Source: an uncultured Planctomycetota bacterium (GTDB lineage: Bacteria; Planctomycetota; Planctomycetia; Isosphaerales; Isosphaeraceae). From it: a stretch of 64,000 nt of DNA. The translations under genes and the position numbers were made by a program. Of the stretch, positions 23,912 to 36,271 are shown one piece after another. The stretch spans positions 320,001 through 384,000 of the forward strand of contig CAWJTV010000028.1 in the NCBI GenBank assembly GCA_963845755.1, written 5' to 3'. The first letter of the stretch is position 1, and every line of letters begins with the position of its first letter. The notes under the pieces were generated by a model, which saw nothing but the letters and a program-made list of their open reading frames with translations, was not told the origin of the DNA and did not search any database.

Positions 23912-25715
23912 TCAGTGTTTGTGTCGCTGCTCGGAGGGCCCGCCTTCCTCCTGGTCGAGGTTGCGCGGTGTTTACGAGGCAGACGTGCGAGAATGCCTGC
24001 GGGAAGTTACCGAGTAGTCGCTTCGCGCCGGGATCGTATTCCTCGGCGAGTAAACCGACGTCGTTGCGGATCGCCAGCAGTCGTTCGTAGATCTCCCGGG
24101 CCTCGTCGCGACGACCCTGGAGGGCCAGGTTGTCGGCCAGCCAGAACGTGCAGGGCAAGAACGCGCCCTCGCCCATAGGCAGGCCGTCGACATCCGCGTC
24201 CGAGTCGTACCGGCGGACGAATCCCCGGTCCACCAGGCGCTGCTCGATCGCGGCGACCGTTCCCTTCATGCGCGGATCGTCAGGCGGAAGGAAGCCAACC
24301 AAGGGAATCATCAACAGGCTGGCATCCAGGTGCGGCGAGCCATACGACTGAACGAACGAATTGAGCCCAGTGTCGAAGCCCTTCTCGCAGACTTCCTCAT
24401 GGATGGCCTTGCGAGCCGCCCGCCACGGATCGAGCCGATCGGTGGAGAGGCCGAACCGCTCCACCGATCGGATGGCGCGATCGAAGGCGACCCAGGCCAT
24501 AACCTTCGAGTGGACGAACGGGCGCCGGACGCCCCGCACTTCCCAGATCCCCTCATCGGGTTCCTTCCAGGCGGTCTCGAGGAAGTGCAGCAAGATCTGG
24601 CTCATCTGCCAGGCATCGTCGAGCTCTTTGAGGCCGTGACGGTGGGCCTGATAGAGGGCGTCGGCGACCTCCCCGTAGACATCGAGCTGAAACTGCCCGA
24701 AGGCGGCGTTGCCAACGCGCACCGGCTTCGAGCCTTCATAGCCGTCGAGCCATTCTACCTCCAGCTCGGTCAGCCTGCGCTCGCCGGCGAGGCCATACAT
24801 GATCTGGAGGTGCTCGGGCCGTCCCGCCACGGCGCGGAGAAGCCACTCGCGCCAGTCGCGGGCCTCGTCGAGGTACCCGGAGTTGACCAGTGCCAGCAGG
24901 GTGAAAGTCGCGTCGCGGAGCCAGCAGAAGCGGTAATCCCAGTTACGCACTCCGCCGATCTGTTCCGGCAACGAGGTGGTCGGCGCGGCGAGAACCCCAC
25001 CCGTCGGCGCATAGGTCAGCGCCTTGAGAGTCAGCAGCGAGCGGATGACGGCATCACTTTCCTTATTACACTGTCCGTGGCAACGGCTCGACCAATTGCG
25101 CCACCAGACATCAGCGTCGCGGATGATCTCATCCGCCTCGAGCCCGGCCGGGGCTCGTTCCGTTGAAGGGTGCCAGGCCAGGCTGAACGGTAACTTCTGA
25201 CCCTCCTGCACGGTGAAGTCGGCGACCGTGGTCATTCCCTCACCTTGGTGAGAGATCCGGGAACGGAGTCGAAGCTTGTCGGGACCGGCGATCGCCGACA
25301 CACCACCCTCCTCCCAAGACACCCAGGGGACGATCCAACCATAGTCGAATCGGATGATCAAATCCGACCGCATGGGAACTTCGCCGTGCAACCCCTCGAC
25401 CACCCGCGCCACGATGGGCATGGCCGAATCGATCGCCATGGCGTCTGTGACGCGAACCCGCCCCGTACTTGTGGCGAATTCCGTCTCCAGCACCAGGGAA
25501 CCTGGCCGATACCGGCGCCGGATGTCCTTGATCTTCACCTGGTCAGCCGGAGCGAGTTTCCAGCGGCCATTGTCGGGCGTGCCCAGCAAGGCCGCAAAGC
25601 ACGCCCCAGAATCGAACCGCGGGGCGCACAGCCAGTCGATCGAGCCCTCGCGGCTCACCAGCGCGGCCGTGCGACAATCGCCGATGATCGCGTAGTCTTC
25701 GATCTGCATCGCCAT
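23912..25715 (-). CDS. Glycoside hydrolase family 15 (glucoamylase/trehalase-like)
   Basis: IEDYAIIGDCRTAALV, AAPTTSLPE, RNWDYRFCWLRD, QLDVYGE, LLAEEYD, GNFPQAFSH. A probable indel near 23965 makes the ORF read on to 23790; the restored C-terminus ...NTARNLDQEEGGPSEQRHKH* ends at 23912. Confidence 0.95.
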
Positions 25716-25911
25716 GTGGCCTCAAGGGTATGTTCCAGCGTGGTCGGGGCGCGCTCGACTCGAGGGTGGGTTTCTAGAATCGATGTGCCGCAAATGGCGT
25801 TCCAATTAACCGGGACTCGACCGTACATTCTGGTGTGAGTGAGCGTCAACTGTTAACGTAGGCCGGGAAATGAGGTTTCGATCCGTCATCCAGAGCAAGA
25901 AGGACGGTTTC

Positions 25912-27259
25912 ATGACATTCGAACACGAAGGCTTTGGGATCCTCAGCGATTGCCTTCGAACCCTTGAGGAGGGGTTCGCCCGCCTCCCCGGATTTGCCAC
26001 GCCGCTCGATCTCCGGGCGCTCCGCGGGGTGTTGATGGAGGCGACCGAACGGATGAAAAAGAATTATCCCTATCACCATCCGCTCTATATCGGGCAGATG
26101 CTCAAGCCACCGCATCCTGTGGCCCGCCTCGCCTATACCCTGGCGATGTTCCTCAACCCGAACAACCACGCCCTCGACGGGGGGCGAGCCAGCTCGGTGA
26201 TGGAGAAGGAGGCCGTGGCCGGGATCGCGCGGATGTTCGGCTGGGAGGAGCATCTGGGCCATCTCTGCGGTGGTGGGACGATGGCCAATTTCGAGGCCCT
26301 CTGGATCGGAAGGGAGCTACGTCCCGGCCGGGCTGTCGCCGCGTCCGCCCAGGCCCATTACACGCACTCGCGACTCTCGGCGGTCCTCGGCGTTCCTTTC
26401 CGGAAAGTACCCGTTGACCCCGGAGGAAGGATGAACGTGAAGGCGCTGGAGGAGGCACTCGACGGCGGCGAGATCGGAACGGTCGTCGTGACGCTCGGCA
26501 CGACGGCTGCCGGGACGATCGATCCGCTCCCCGAGGTGCTCGCCCTGCGCGAACGCTACGACTTCCGCATCCACGTCGACGCCGCGTACGGCGGGTATTT
26601 CACGCTGGCGACGAACCTTGGACAAGAATCAAGGACCGCGTTCGACCATGTCTTTGAGGCGGATTCGATCGTCATCGATCCGCACAAGCATGGGCTTCAG
26701 CCTTACGGATGTGGATGCGTCCTGTTCCGCGACCCGACCGTCGGTCGGTTCTACCGTCACGACTCGCCCTATACCTACTTCAGCTCGGCCGAGCTGCACC
26801 TTGGCGAGATCTCGCTCGAATGCTCGCGGGCCGGTGCCTCGGCCGTGGCGCTCTGGACGACGATGCGGCTTCTGACTCTTCAACCCGGTGGGACCTTCGC
26901 GCAGGGGCTCGAATCCTGCCGCGACGCGGCCCTAATGCTCCACCAGTCGATCCAGGAGGACCATCGCTTCGTCGCGCTCATGCCGCCCGAGCTCGACATC
27001 GTGGTGTGGGCCGTGCGTGCCGAGACGGCGAGCGAGTCCTCGGCGCGGGCCCGGCGGATCTTCGACGCCGCCGCCGAGAACGACCTTCACCTGGCGCTCG
27101 CCAGCTTCCCGCGCGTCATGCTCGCATCCTCGAACCCCGTTTCCATTTGGGATGTCGATGAGATCGTGTGCCTGCGTGCCTGTGCCATGAAGCCCGAACA
27201 TCGAGAGTGGATACCGGAAATCCTGAAAGCGCCTTCGCAATGCCGCGGATCAGTCCTGA
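25912..27259 (+). CDS. Group II PLP-dependent amino-acid decarboxylase (Pyridoxal_deC)
   Basis: GGTMANFEAL, AHYTH, TLGTTAAGTIDP, HVDAAYGG, DPHK (PLP lysine), ECSR. A likely extra A near 27226; the restored end ILKRLRNAADQS* is at 27259. Confidence 0.9.
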
Positions 27260-27360
27260 ATCCGGAGGGGGATCCCTTGCCGGTGACTTCCCCACTTGCT
27301 GCGAAAATCGCATGATAGACGATGCGCTTCGACGGCCTGAACCTTCACACGGGAGAGATC

Positions 27361-29681
27361 ATGATCGCGCTCTTGTTCGGGATCGCCACCGCCCTGACCA
27401 TCGCCAGTCCGTTCAACCGAGACTCTCTGGTGGGACCGCGCATGTCGAGACGTCGCTCGACCGCGACCCCTCGCACAAGAAAGCTTGGGTCCGCCTGCTC
27501 GAGGAATGCCGCCCGGAGCACAGGGCCGGGCTCGCCTACCTGTTGAGATATCTGCCCGCGCGCGATCTTGAGAGGCTGCCCCCCGAGTCGGTCGCGGCGA
27601 ACGTTGTGCTGGCCTACCGGGCGCGCGGCGAGGTCGCCTGGGGCGCCGGGTTGCCGGAGGACGTCTTCCTCGATTCCGTCCTGCCGCATGTCAGCGTCAC
27701 CGAGCCCAGACAGTCGATGCGGTCCGAGTTCCATGACCGATACGTGTCACTGATCAAGGACTGTCCGAGGCCCGGTCAGGCCGCGTTGAAACTGAATAAG
27801 GCGCTGTTTCGCGATTACAAGGTCGGCTACAACACCCGGCGGCTTCGCACCGACCAGTGCTCGAAGGAGTCGATCGCGCAGGGAATGGCGACGTGCACAG
27901 GGCTCTCGATCATGCTGGTCGAGGCCTGCCGTTCTGTAGGGGTGCCGGCGCGGTTGGCGGGAATCGCGTCGTGGCCGGGTCGGGGTGGGAACCATACGTG
28001 GGTCGAGATCTGGGACGATGGCTGGCACTTCGTCGGTGCCGCCGAGCCTGTACGAGCAAGGGCTCGACCACGGGTGGTTCGTCGGCGACGCCGCTAAGGC
28101 GATCAAGGGCTCGGCCCAGAGCGCCATTTACGCGGTCACCTACCGAACTACAGGCGCGTATTTCCCGATGGTCTGGAGCCAGTCTACCCGCGTGCCTGGC
28201 GAGGACGTGACCGATCGTTACGTGCGCAGACCCAGTCCGGCCCCGCCGCACCCCCGCCTGATGGTGGAGGTTCGCCGCGGCGGCGGGCGCGTCGAAGCCG
28301 AGGTCATGACACTCGACCGTGCGACCGGCAACAAGCGAGAGATCGGGGCGAGCCTCGGTCCGCGCGCCGACATCAATCGCCATCTGACCTGCGAGGCGCC
28401 GCTCGGTGGAACTCTCCTCGTGGTTGCCCGCAAGGGAGAAGATACCGCCGTGCACGCCGCCACCGTGGGGACGGACACGCTGGTTCGTATCGACCTCGAC
28501 CGGGCGGTCCCGGAAGAGACGCGGACCGAGCTGACCCGGGTTCTCGCCGACCGATTCGGCACGGACCAGACCAAGCGGGAGACAGCCCGTAAGCTCCTGT
28601 CCGAGTTGCCCTGGGACGATTCGATGCGAGCCATGGCCTGGGCGGCCTACAAGGCATCGCCTACCCATGAACCCCTGCGGAAAGAATATGAGGCGAAGAC
28701 CGTCGCCACCAAGGATCGGAAAAGCCCTTACTTGTGGCGGCACATCGGCGACAAACCGGCCGACGGCTGGGCGTTGGTCATCGCGATGCACGGCGGCGGC
28801 GGTGCGCCGGCGCGAGTCAACGACCAGCAATGGCGCGGCATGTTCGATCGCTATTACAAGCCGCATCCTGAGGCCGGCGGTTACGTCTACCTGGCCCTCC
28901 GCGCGCCGAACAACGAGTGGAACGGTTTCTACGACGATGCAATCTGCCCCCTGGTCGAGCGATTGATCCGCCAATTCGTCCTTTTCGGCGAGGTCAACCC
29001 GGATCGGGTCTACATCCTGGCGCATCGCATGGCGGTTACGGAGCATTCGTGATCGGTCCGAAGATGCCCGACCGGTTCGCCGCGATCCATGCCTCGGCCG
29101 CGGCGGCGACTCCGGATGAGACGCATGGTGAGAACCTCCGCGACGTCCGTTTCACGGTCATGGTCGGCGACAAGGATACGGCCTACGGTCGCGCCGACCG
29201 TTGCCGCGCGTTTAGCAAGGAGCTCGAGGTCTGGAAGGCCCGTTACGGCGGCTATCCCGGCGAAGTCGCCTTACTGAACGGTGTGGGCCATTCGGTCCCG
29301 GACCGCGACATGGTCGCGACCATGCTCAAGTCGGGCACCCGGTCCCCGCACCCGGATCGGATCGTCTGGTCCCAATCGGACAACGTCCTCAAGCACTTCT
29401 ACTGGATCGAGGCGACCCATCCCGACCCTTCAGGCCGGATCGAGGTATCGGTGCGCGACAACACGATCACCCTGAAGACCGACCATCAAGATGAGATTGC
29501 CCTCTGGCTCGACGCCCCTCTTGTGAACCTGGCTCGCCCGGTGACCATCGAGATGGACAGCGGCCATCGTCAGGTCCTCAAGGCCCGACTCAAGCCGGAA
29601 ACGTTCTGCGAAGGGCTCGAACAACGCGGCGACCCGAAACTCGCGGCCCCGGCACGGGTCACCGTGAACCTGCAGCGCTGA
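27361..29681 (+). CDS. Secreted transglutaminase-like domain plus alpha/beta-hydrolase (esterase) fusion; three frameshifts (about 27430, 28050, 29020)
   Basis: Signal peptide at ATG 27361 (GGGAG upstream); transglutaminase core TCTGLSIML...CRSVGVPAR...GNHTWVEIWDDGW; hydrolase motifs MHGGGG, GASHGG, VGDKD, GVGH. Confidence 0.75.
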
Positions 29682-31155
29682 GCCTAGTCCGATACCCGAC
29701 GACGCACATTGTGGAAGATCTTGGAGAACGGTGCGCATGACCGCGAAAGTGACACTGCTCGAGCGCTGCCGGAGCCGCAGGAGCCGGCTCGATCCCACTC
29801 GAGACAATCATCGACGCCAAACTCGCCCTTGACATCGAGTCAAGGCTCCGGGGCGCGAGTCGAGGCACTGGCGGAGACGGCCGACTTGCACGAGAATCAT
29901 CTCGACGGTAGGCCCGTCCCCGTGGGTGGGCCAAGATCCGCCAGGCTCGTGCCTCGTCGGAGTGTCCCATCCGCTCGCGTAGAGTGGCCATGCGCGCGCA
30001 GAATCCGGGGTGGCGAGCGTCGTCATCGTCGCGTCCGGTCTCAGCGTCCTCAAGGGCCGCACGCACCTGCTTGAACGCCTCCCGATGGATCAGGACGATC
30101 TGGTCGTAGCGTGCCGCTTCCTCGGTCTGACCGGCGAGGCGCAGGGCGCATCTCAGGCGGTAGCCCACGATCGGATCGGGCTCGAATTCCCAGGCCCGTC
30201 GATAAGCCTGGGCGGCCTCGGCCCACCGCCCGGCTTGTTGTTCCACCCAGCCCCTATGCTTGGCGAAGCGAGGGTCGGCGGTCATCTCCTGGGGCACTTT
30301 CGCGAAGTTGTCGGCGAGATCCGAATCCTCGTGCGAGATCTCCAGGCCCTTCAGTAGCCCATCCCAGGCCATCGGATCGTTCGGATGGCGTTCCACGGCC
30401 TGTCGCAGAATTCGCCCCGCTTCCTGGCGGCGACTCACATAAGCCAGCGCCAGCCCGCATGCGACCATCGTGGGGAGGTTCGCCCCGCCTCGTTGAACCA
30501 CGCCCTCGAAGCGATTCACGATCGACCACGGTTCCGGCGGGTCCACCTCGAGTCGGGCGAGTCTCAAGAGTAACCGGACACGCTCGCGCGGATCGCTCGC
30601 GCGGTCGAACTGCCTGAGGGCTATTGCGCGAGCCTCGGCCGACCGGCCCTGGAGGGTGTAGAGGTCGATGAGCCGCCTTCCCGCTTCCAGAGCGGACGGA
30701 TCCAACTGGAGTGCTTCGTCCCAGCATATCTCGGACCGATCGTATTGCGACATCAGACTGTGGGCTTTACCCCTATCGATCAGGACCCAGGCGGCAACTG
30801 CGGGCGAAACGGCTCGAATCCGCTCGAGCCGTCCCAGCGCCTTCTCCGGCTCGGGTCTGGGCCGCGCCAGCGCCAGCTCAGCCATCACCAGCAACCCACG
30901 CGCGTCGTCGGGCGACAGTCTGAGATAGGCCTCGCCTCGGACCTCTGCCTCCTCGATCCGACCAGCCTTCGCCAGGGCACACACTTCCTCGAACGTCGGC
31001 CGTGGCCAGAGTATATTGGCGATAACCAAAGAGATTCCCGCGACCAGAGGGACGACGGTCGCGATCGCCAAGATCGTCCTTTGACGCCGCAACTGCGTCC
31101 GACTGGTAAAACCTCGCATCTCGACCATTGACTGTTGACCTTTACCGAGAGCCAT
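29659..31155 (-). CDS. Membrane-anchored tetratricopeptide repeat protein
   Basis: One N-terminal TM helix followed by many TPR-like helices (EALQLDPSALEA, GRWAEAAQAYRRAWEFEP). The C-terminus may be frameshift-extended. Confidence 0.8.
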   Translation of the reverse strand: MALGKGQQSMVEMRGFTSRTQLRRQRTILAIATVVPLVAGISLVIANILWPRPTFEEVCALAKAGRIEEAEVRGEAYLRLSPDDARGLLVMAELALARPRPEPEKALGRLERIRAVSPAVAAWVLIDRGKAHSLMSQYDRSEICWDEALQLDPSALEAGRRLIDLYTLQGRSAEARAIALRQFDRASDPRERVRLLLRLARLEVDPPEPWSIVNRFEGVVQRGGANLPTMVACGLALAYVSRRQEAGRILRQAVERHPNDPMAWDGLLKGLEISHEDSDLADNFAKVPQEMTADPRFAKHRGWVEQQAGRWAEAAQAYRRAWEFEPDPIVGYRLRCALRLAGQTEEAARYDQIVLIHREAFKQVRAALEDAETGRDDDDARHPGFCARMATLRERMGHSDEARAWRILAHPRGRAYRRDDSRASRPSPPVPRLAPRSLDSMSRASLASMIVSSGIEPAPAAPAALEQCHFRGHAHRSPRSSTMCVVGYRTRLSAAGSR

Positions 31156-31586
31156 GCTCCTCAGGCTTCAAACGAAGAGGGCGACTGGGTCCGAGTATTC
31201 GAGGTCCTTCTCGTCCTTCGTGTCGGAGCCTCTCAGGCTATCCGATCCCCACTCACCATCGCAACACAACGATATCTTTTAGACAGGATCGGGAGCCGAT
31301 GTACCTCAAGAGCATCATTTCTAAAAACGACACGAAATCGCATATATATCAGCTCGTAATTGAATTGTGCGCGAACTACCCCCTTTCGCTTTGATAAGCA
31401 ACATGATAGGTTCTAGCCGCTTGTGCGCGGATCGTGGCTTCTCTTGGTGATACGACGCTCGTGTTCTGTCTCATGGACGACTGCGGCCCACCTCTCTCTC
31501 GTCGCAGTCTGATGCTGAGCAATCGTCTCGGATCGTGTCTCTCGGCCTCTCTTCTACTCATCTTCTATCTGACGAGGGAGCCTCCT

Positions 31587-32642
31587 ATGCGTAGACGAGC
31601 CTTCACTCTGATCGAGCTACTGGTGGTCATCGCGATCATCGCCGTATTGATCGCCCTGTTGTTGCCGGCCGTCCAGGCGGCGCGCGAGGCTGCTCGCCGC
31701 GCCCAGTGCGTCAACAACATCAAACAGATCGTCCTGGCCTGTTTCAACTACGAGAACCAGATCGGCAGCTTCCCGCCCGACTCGATCGCCGACGACCAAT
31801 GGAACGGCACCTGGTGGGCCTGGCCGTCGATGATCCTGTCTCAGATGGAGCAGGCGCCGATCTACAACGGCATCAACTTCTCCTGGAGCTGCTGCAACCC
31901 CAGGAACCAGACGGCCTACCTGACCCTCATCTCCAGCTACTTCTGCCCGACCGATGACTCGTTCAAACTCTACAGCGACCGGGTGTACATCGATGTCAAC
32001 CTCGGGGCAAACTTCGGCTCGACGATCACCGCCGCGCCCACGAATTACGTGGGCAGTCAGGGCGACATGCAGAACAACACGATCTTCGACTACCTCTGCG
32101 TCGACCCCGCCCAGATCGCCTTCAAGGCGACCAACGGCTACGCGAGCAACGGCTGCACCCCCGGCGGCGACCCGAACTGGGTCGGGCCCTCGGCTCCCTT
32201 CCGCGGGATCTTCGGCGATTGCTCCTGGGCGGCCTCCATCAAGATTGCCGGGATCACGGACGGGACCAGCAACACGATGATGATCGGCGAGAATTCGCCC
32301 AACCTCAACAGCGGGTTGGCCTGGGTGTCGGGCAATGACATCTACGCGACGACCATCTTACCCATGAACTGGATGACCAACATCCGGGACAATCAGGTCA
32401 ACCCGTCCACCGGCGAGATTTGTACGCCGGCCGCATGGAACCCGTCCCAACCGACGCAGTTCACCCACTGTTTCAACAACCAGTGGTACTACCAGGGTTT
32501 CAAGAGTTTCCATCCCGGCGGATCCAACTTTGGCTTCTGCGACGGCTCGGTCAAGTTCCTCAAGCAGTCGATCAACGTCCGGACCTACATGGCACTGAGT
32601 ACGCGGGCCGGTGGTGAAATTGTCTCCTCTGACTCCTATTGA
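31587..32642 (+). CDS. DUF1559 family prepilin-type N-terminal cleavage/methylation protein with H-X9-DG domain
   Basis: [69 protein letters not shown]. Confidence 0.97.
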   Translation: MRRRAFTLIELLVVIAIIAVLIALLLPAVQAAREAARRAQCVNNIKQIVLACFNYENQIGSFPPDSIADDQWNGTWWAWPSMILSQMEQAPIYNGINFSWSCCNPRNQTAYLTLISSYFCPTDDSFKLYSDRVYIDVNLGANFGSTITAAPTNYVGSQGDMQNNTIFDYLCVDPAQIAFKATNGYASNGCTPGGDPNWVGPSAPFRGIFGDCSWAASIKIAGITDGTSNTMMIGENSPNLNSGLAWVSGNDIYATTILPMNWMTNIRDNQVNPSTGEICTPAAWNPSQPTQFTHCFNNQWYYQGFKSFHPGGSNFGFCDGSVKFLKQSINVRTYMALSTRAGGEIVSSDSY

Positions 32643-32664
32643 CCGTGGCACAGGAGATCTATTC

Positions 32665-33240
32665 ATGCAGACGCGAACCTGGATTTGCATGGCCTGCGCC
32701 TTCGCGATCGCGGGGTGCGGGGCTGACAACGGCCTGACGATGGGACGGGTCTCCGGACTCGTGACCTACAACGGCGAGCCGGTCGAGCTCGGCGAGGTGC
32801 TGTTCTTGCCCGACTCCGAGAAAGGCAATAGCGGCGTCCCCTCGATGGGCGCGATCGGGAAGGACGGCCGGTACACAATGTCGACCCAGGATGCGGGAGA
32901 CGGCGTGATCGCAGGCCACCACAAGGTCGGGATTCGTGCCCTCGATCCCGAGCCGGTGAGCAAGGATTCCGCTTCCCCGACCGTTGCCGAGGACCCCGGG
33001 AAATCCGACCTGATGGCAGCAAAGCTCAAGCAAAGGCGAAGCCTGGCCGTGAGCAAGAGAAAGAACCGGGCCAAACAAGGTGCCCCCACGGTCAGCTTCG
33101 GCGCGACGGTCCATCGGTTCCTGGCCCCCGAAAAGCTGGCCAATCCCGAGACTTCGGGGATTCGCGTACAGATTCCCCGGGGATCCAACCGAGTGAACTT
33201 CGCCATCCAGGAGGATGGGACCGTCAAGGTCGAGCAATAA
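32665..33240 (+). CDS. DUF1559-associated lipoprotein (carboxypeptidase-regulatory-like domain)
   Basis: Lipobox IAGC; VSGLVTYNGEPV; DGVIAGHHKV; PEKLANPETSGI. Confidence 0.85.
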   Translation: MQTRTWICMACAFAIAGCGADNGLTMGRVSGLVTYNGEPVELGEVLFLPDSEKGNSGVPSMGAIGKDGRYTMSTQDAGDGVIAGHHKVGIRALDPEPVSKDSASPTVAEDPGKSDLMAAKLKQRRSLAVSKRKNRAKQGAPTVSFGATVHRFLAPEKLANPETSGIRVQIPRGSNRVNFAIQEDGTVKVEQ

Positions 33241-33643
33241 ACTGATCGATCGAGTCACGGGCCGGGTTACTACGCCGGAGCTAACGTCGTGCGACCCGGT
33301 CCGCTGATCGAGTTCATGCCGAGCGGGGGTATGACGGCAACGACTTACTTCCGACAAGAGCGGTTCACGATGGAGTCGGGCGCGCGCCACACGAGCCGGA
33401 CGCGCCAGCGAGGACTTCTAGGCCGATTCCTCGATGTCTCGTCGGGTAAGTTGGGTGATCCGGATTGCGACGGTATGCGCAACCCATTCGAGAAGCGCTC
33501 TACCCTCAAGCTGGGAGCGGCTTTTTAGTACCGGCTCAAACCAGAATCGAGATCACCCTGAAAGCGTGGCGGACAGGATCGTGTGTCTGCATCGATGTCC
33601 CGGCAGCTCTCTCGAGGATCCGGTAGATCATCGCGCCTCGGTC

Positions 33644-36271
33644 CTACCGCTGTCCGTCATCAACATCAACCAACCCGACGTCCACGCCCTGACCGCCGCC
33701 GGTCTGATGGCAGTGTACGGCCAGCAGGACCTTCCCTCCGGGCTTGAGCCACTCTCGGGCCGCAGCACGAATCTCCGCCGTCTGGTAACTCGTCAGGTAG
33801 CCCGACTCCTTGGCCGCGAGGATGCCGTTGATGAAGACCTCGATACCTTCGTCGTGGTAGGTGAGGAGCTGGATGCGGGAAGGGTCCGACCCGCCTGGCA
33901 GCGTCACCTCCCGGCGCAGCCAGATGTCGGGGGTATTCCAGGTCGTGCCGATGACCGCGCCGGGCGTTCCCCGAGTGCCGAAACCGCCGGGGCCCTCCTT
34001 CCATCCGCGGTCATCGAAATCAGGCCTCGACCAGTTGTCGTCGGGCCTCTGGAACGTGAACCGCCATGCGACCGGCTGCCGTCGAGATGTCGCAACCAGC
34101 TCGGTCAGCTTCGGCGGAGTCGGCGCGGGGGCGTACTCACCGATCGCGGCTCGATCGTCGCCGGCCCACTTCTTCCACATCGCCGGGTCCTCGAGCATCT
34201 TGATGAACACACCCCCGATGACCGGTCGGGCACGCATGCCATCGCTCCGGGGATTGTCGGTGTAATACGAGTGGACGAACGGCAATCGTGCGGTCGTTGC
34301 ATTCAGGTAGTCGTAGATCGGTGAGACGATCGCTTCGAAGTCGGTTCGATTACCAGCCATCGTCGCGCTCCAGAAGCACCAGTCCGCCTTCGTGAGCCTG
34401 GTGCGGGAATCCAGCGGCACCCCGTAGCGCTGAATTCTCGTCTTGTAGTAGGCGACCTCCTGCTGGGCGACCTCCGGCGGGAAGACGTTGAGGTCCAGGA
34501 GCTTGTCCCAGACGAGGTTGTACTTCTGACTCCAGGTCTTCGGCTTGTCGAACGCGATTCGGTAATGGTCGCCGTCAGCGGCCATCTTCATCCAGTGGCG
34601 CGCGTACTCTCGGGCTAGAGACGAAAACTTCGCGCTCGCCGCATCATCACCGCGCATCCGGCAGAGCTCGCCGTAGGCGGCGATGGCCAGGATGGCCTTG
34701 ACCGATAGGTTAGCGTTGTGGGCCAGGTGGCCCATGAAATCGTCGGTACAGAGTTGGTTCTCGGGGTCCTCGCCGTATTTCTCGAGGTAGGCTTCCCATC
34801 TGGTTAATTGTGTCCACCACTTCGAAGCGAAGCCAGCATTTCCCTCCATCTTCGCAATCGCGGCGCAGAGCAAGATCAGGTTGGCGCTCTCCTCGACCGG
34901 CATCATGTCGGCCTCGTTCTTCGACTCCTCGCCACCGCCGTAGACCTGTCCGTTGGCCTGGGGATAGGTGCCGATGTCGTGGGGCGCGAACGGGAACTTC
35001 CAGCGCGGGGACGTGCTGTAAACCAGGGCCGGGGCGACCAGGGCCTTCACGTACGTCGGGCCCATCAGGAGAAACTGAGGCGCGGCAGGGTAGATCACAT
35101 CGACCGTGGCGATGCAGCCGTTGCTGCTGTTCTCCTTGGCGAAGAACATCGGCTGCTTGTTGGCGTCGGCCGCGAGGCCGCAACCGGCCAGCGCCTGGCG
35201 GTAGGCCAATGCGGCCATCTGGGCATACCGCTCGCCTCCCGCCTTGGTCAGGTCGTTCATGAGTGCTGTGTCGAACATGTCGCAGTGCGACATCAGGCGA
35301 AGGTAATCTTGCTCGGCATCCCGAATCAGATCGGTAATGTTGGCTCCGTTTCGACGCCAGTACGGCCGCAGCTTCTGTCCCAGGAACTTGATGGAATAGA
35401 TCTCGTCGTAGGCGATCATCAGGTGACGCGAGACCGGTTCGACGACGACACGGCCGAGATCGAAGACGAATGCCAGGCAAGGCTGCCGATCGTTGGCGGC
35501 GCGGGGCATCTGGATGTCGTCGTGCTCCACGATCGTGCCGTGCTCGACGAATTCCTTGAGCAATTCCGAGCTCGCCCCGATCGTCGCCTTGACCTGATCC
35601 GATGGTGCCGCGGCATAGGCATAGCCCCAATCGATCCGGGTCTCGTCGCCGGCCGGCTGGAGGAGCGTCTGGTCAACCGTCCCGACCCGCAGCGCCGTCA
35701 ATCCGCGGACAGGGATGCGTGCCCACTCAACCTCTTGTTCCGGCGAATTCACGGCCAGGAGCGCACTGGTGCTGTCGTAAATCGAGACGGTGTGGCTGGC
35801 GCCGTCAACCGATCGGACGTCCCATGTGAGATACGTCAGTGGGCGCGCGAGTACGTCGAGCTTTCCCGGCAAGGCTGGCGTCAGGAATGTGAGCGTGACG
35901 TGGACATGACCGTCGTCGAAGTCATACACGCTTCGGGTCGGATAGACTTTCACGCCAACCTGCTTCATGGCGGGGACGTCCTTGGGATCGGTCCCCATCA
36001 GCCGGTACGACCTGCCGTCGATGCGGATCAAGCTGATGAGGGGATGTTCCCTTCGCGTCCAGTGCCGCGTATTGGCGTCGGTCAGGCGATCGGCACACGA
36101 CCAGATGCTCAGATACGGATTGCTCACGACCACCGGCACGGCCGGCGGCCGGAATGGATGATCCCGACCCGGCGGCTCAGCGCGAACCGTGGTGATGAGC
36201 GCGGCCAGGAACACACCCGCGATGCTCCCGGCACGGGTAGCACATTCGATCGATCTTGGGAAATGAAGCAT
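33644..36271 (-). CDS. Glutaminase GtaA-like protein (DUF4964/DUF5127/DUF4965/DUF1793) with C-terminal galactose-binding-like domain
   Basis: FRPPAVPVVVSNPYLSIWS, KENSSNGCIATVDV, APHDIGTYP, MPVEESAN, PENQLCTDDF, WSQKYNLVWD, ARPVIGG; C-terminal FDDRGWKEGPGGFGT...DIWLRR...HCHQTGGGQ. Confidence 0.9.
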   Translation of the reverse strand: MLHFPRSIECATRAGSIAGVFLAALITTVRAEPPGRDHPFRPPAVPVVVSNPYLSIWSCADRLTDANTRHWTRREHPLISLIRIDGRSYRLMGTDPKDVPAMKQVGVKVYPTRSVYDFDDGHVHVTLTFLTPALPGKLDVLARPLTYLTWDVRSVDGASHTVSIYDSTSALLAVNSPEQEVEWARIPVRGLTALRVGTVDQTLLQPAGDETRIDWGYAYAAAPSDQVKATIGASSELLKEFVEHGTIVEHDDIQMPRAANDRQPCLAFVFDLGRVVVEPVSRHLMIAYDEIYSIKFLGQKLRPYWRRNGANITDLIRDAEQDYLRLMSHCDMFDTALMNDLTKAGGERYAQMAALAYRQALAGCGLAADANKQPMFFAKENSSNGCIATVDVIYPAAPQFLLMGPTYVKALVAPALVYSTSPRWKFPFAPHDIGTYPQANGQVYGGGEESKNEADMMPVEESANLILLCAAIAKMEGNAGFASKWWTQLTRWEAYLEKYGEDPENQLCTDDFMGHLAHNANLSVKAILAIAAYGELCRMRGDDAASAKFSSLAREYARHWMKMAADGDHYRIAFDKPKTWSQKYNLVWDKLLDLNVFPPEVAQQEVAYYKTRIQRYGVPLDSRTRLTKADWCFWSATMAGNRTDFEAIVSPIYDYLNATTARLPFVHSYYTDNPRSDGMRARPVIGGVFIKMLEDPAMWKKWAGDDRAAIGEYAPAPTPPKLTELVATSRRQPVAWRFTFQRPDDNWSRPDFDDRGWKEGPGGFGTRGTPGAVIGTTWNTPDIWLRREVTLPGGSDPSRIQLLTYHDEGIEVFINGILAAKESGYLTSYQTAEIRAAAREWLKPGGKVLLAVHCHQTGGGQGVDVGLVDVDDGQR

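Noticed and set aside
23790..23912. Apparent overlap of the GH15 3' end with pntB
   Set aside because: Caused by a likely indel near 23965; the restored gene ends at 23912.
33388..33413. CACACGAGCCGGACGCGCCAGCGAGG, resembling one arm of a planctomycete REP-like repeat
   Set aside because: Only one arm and one copy in the window; the resemblance is from memory and cannot be verified here.
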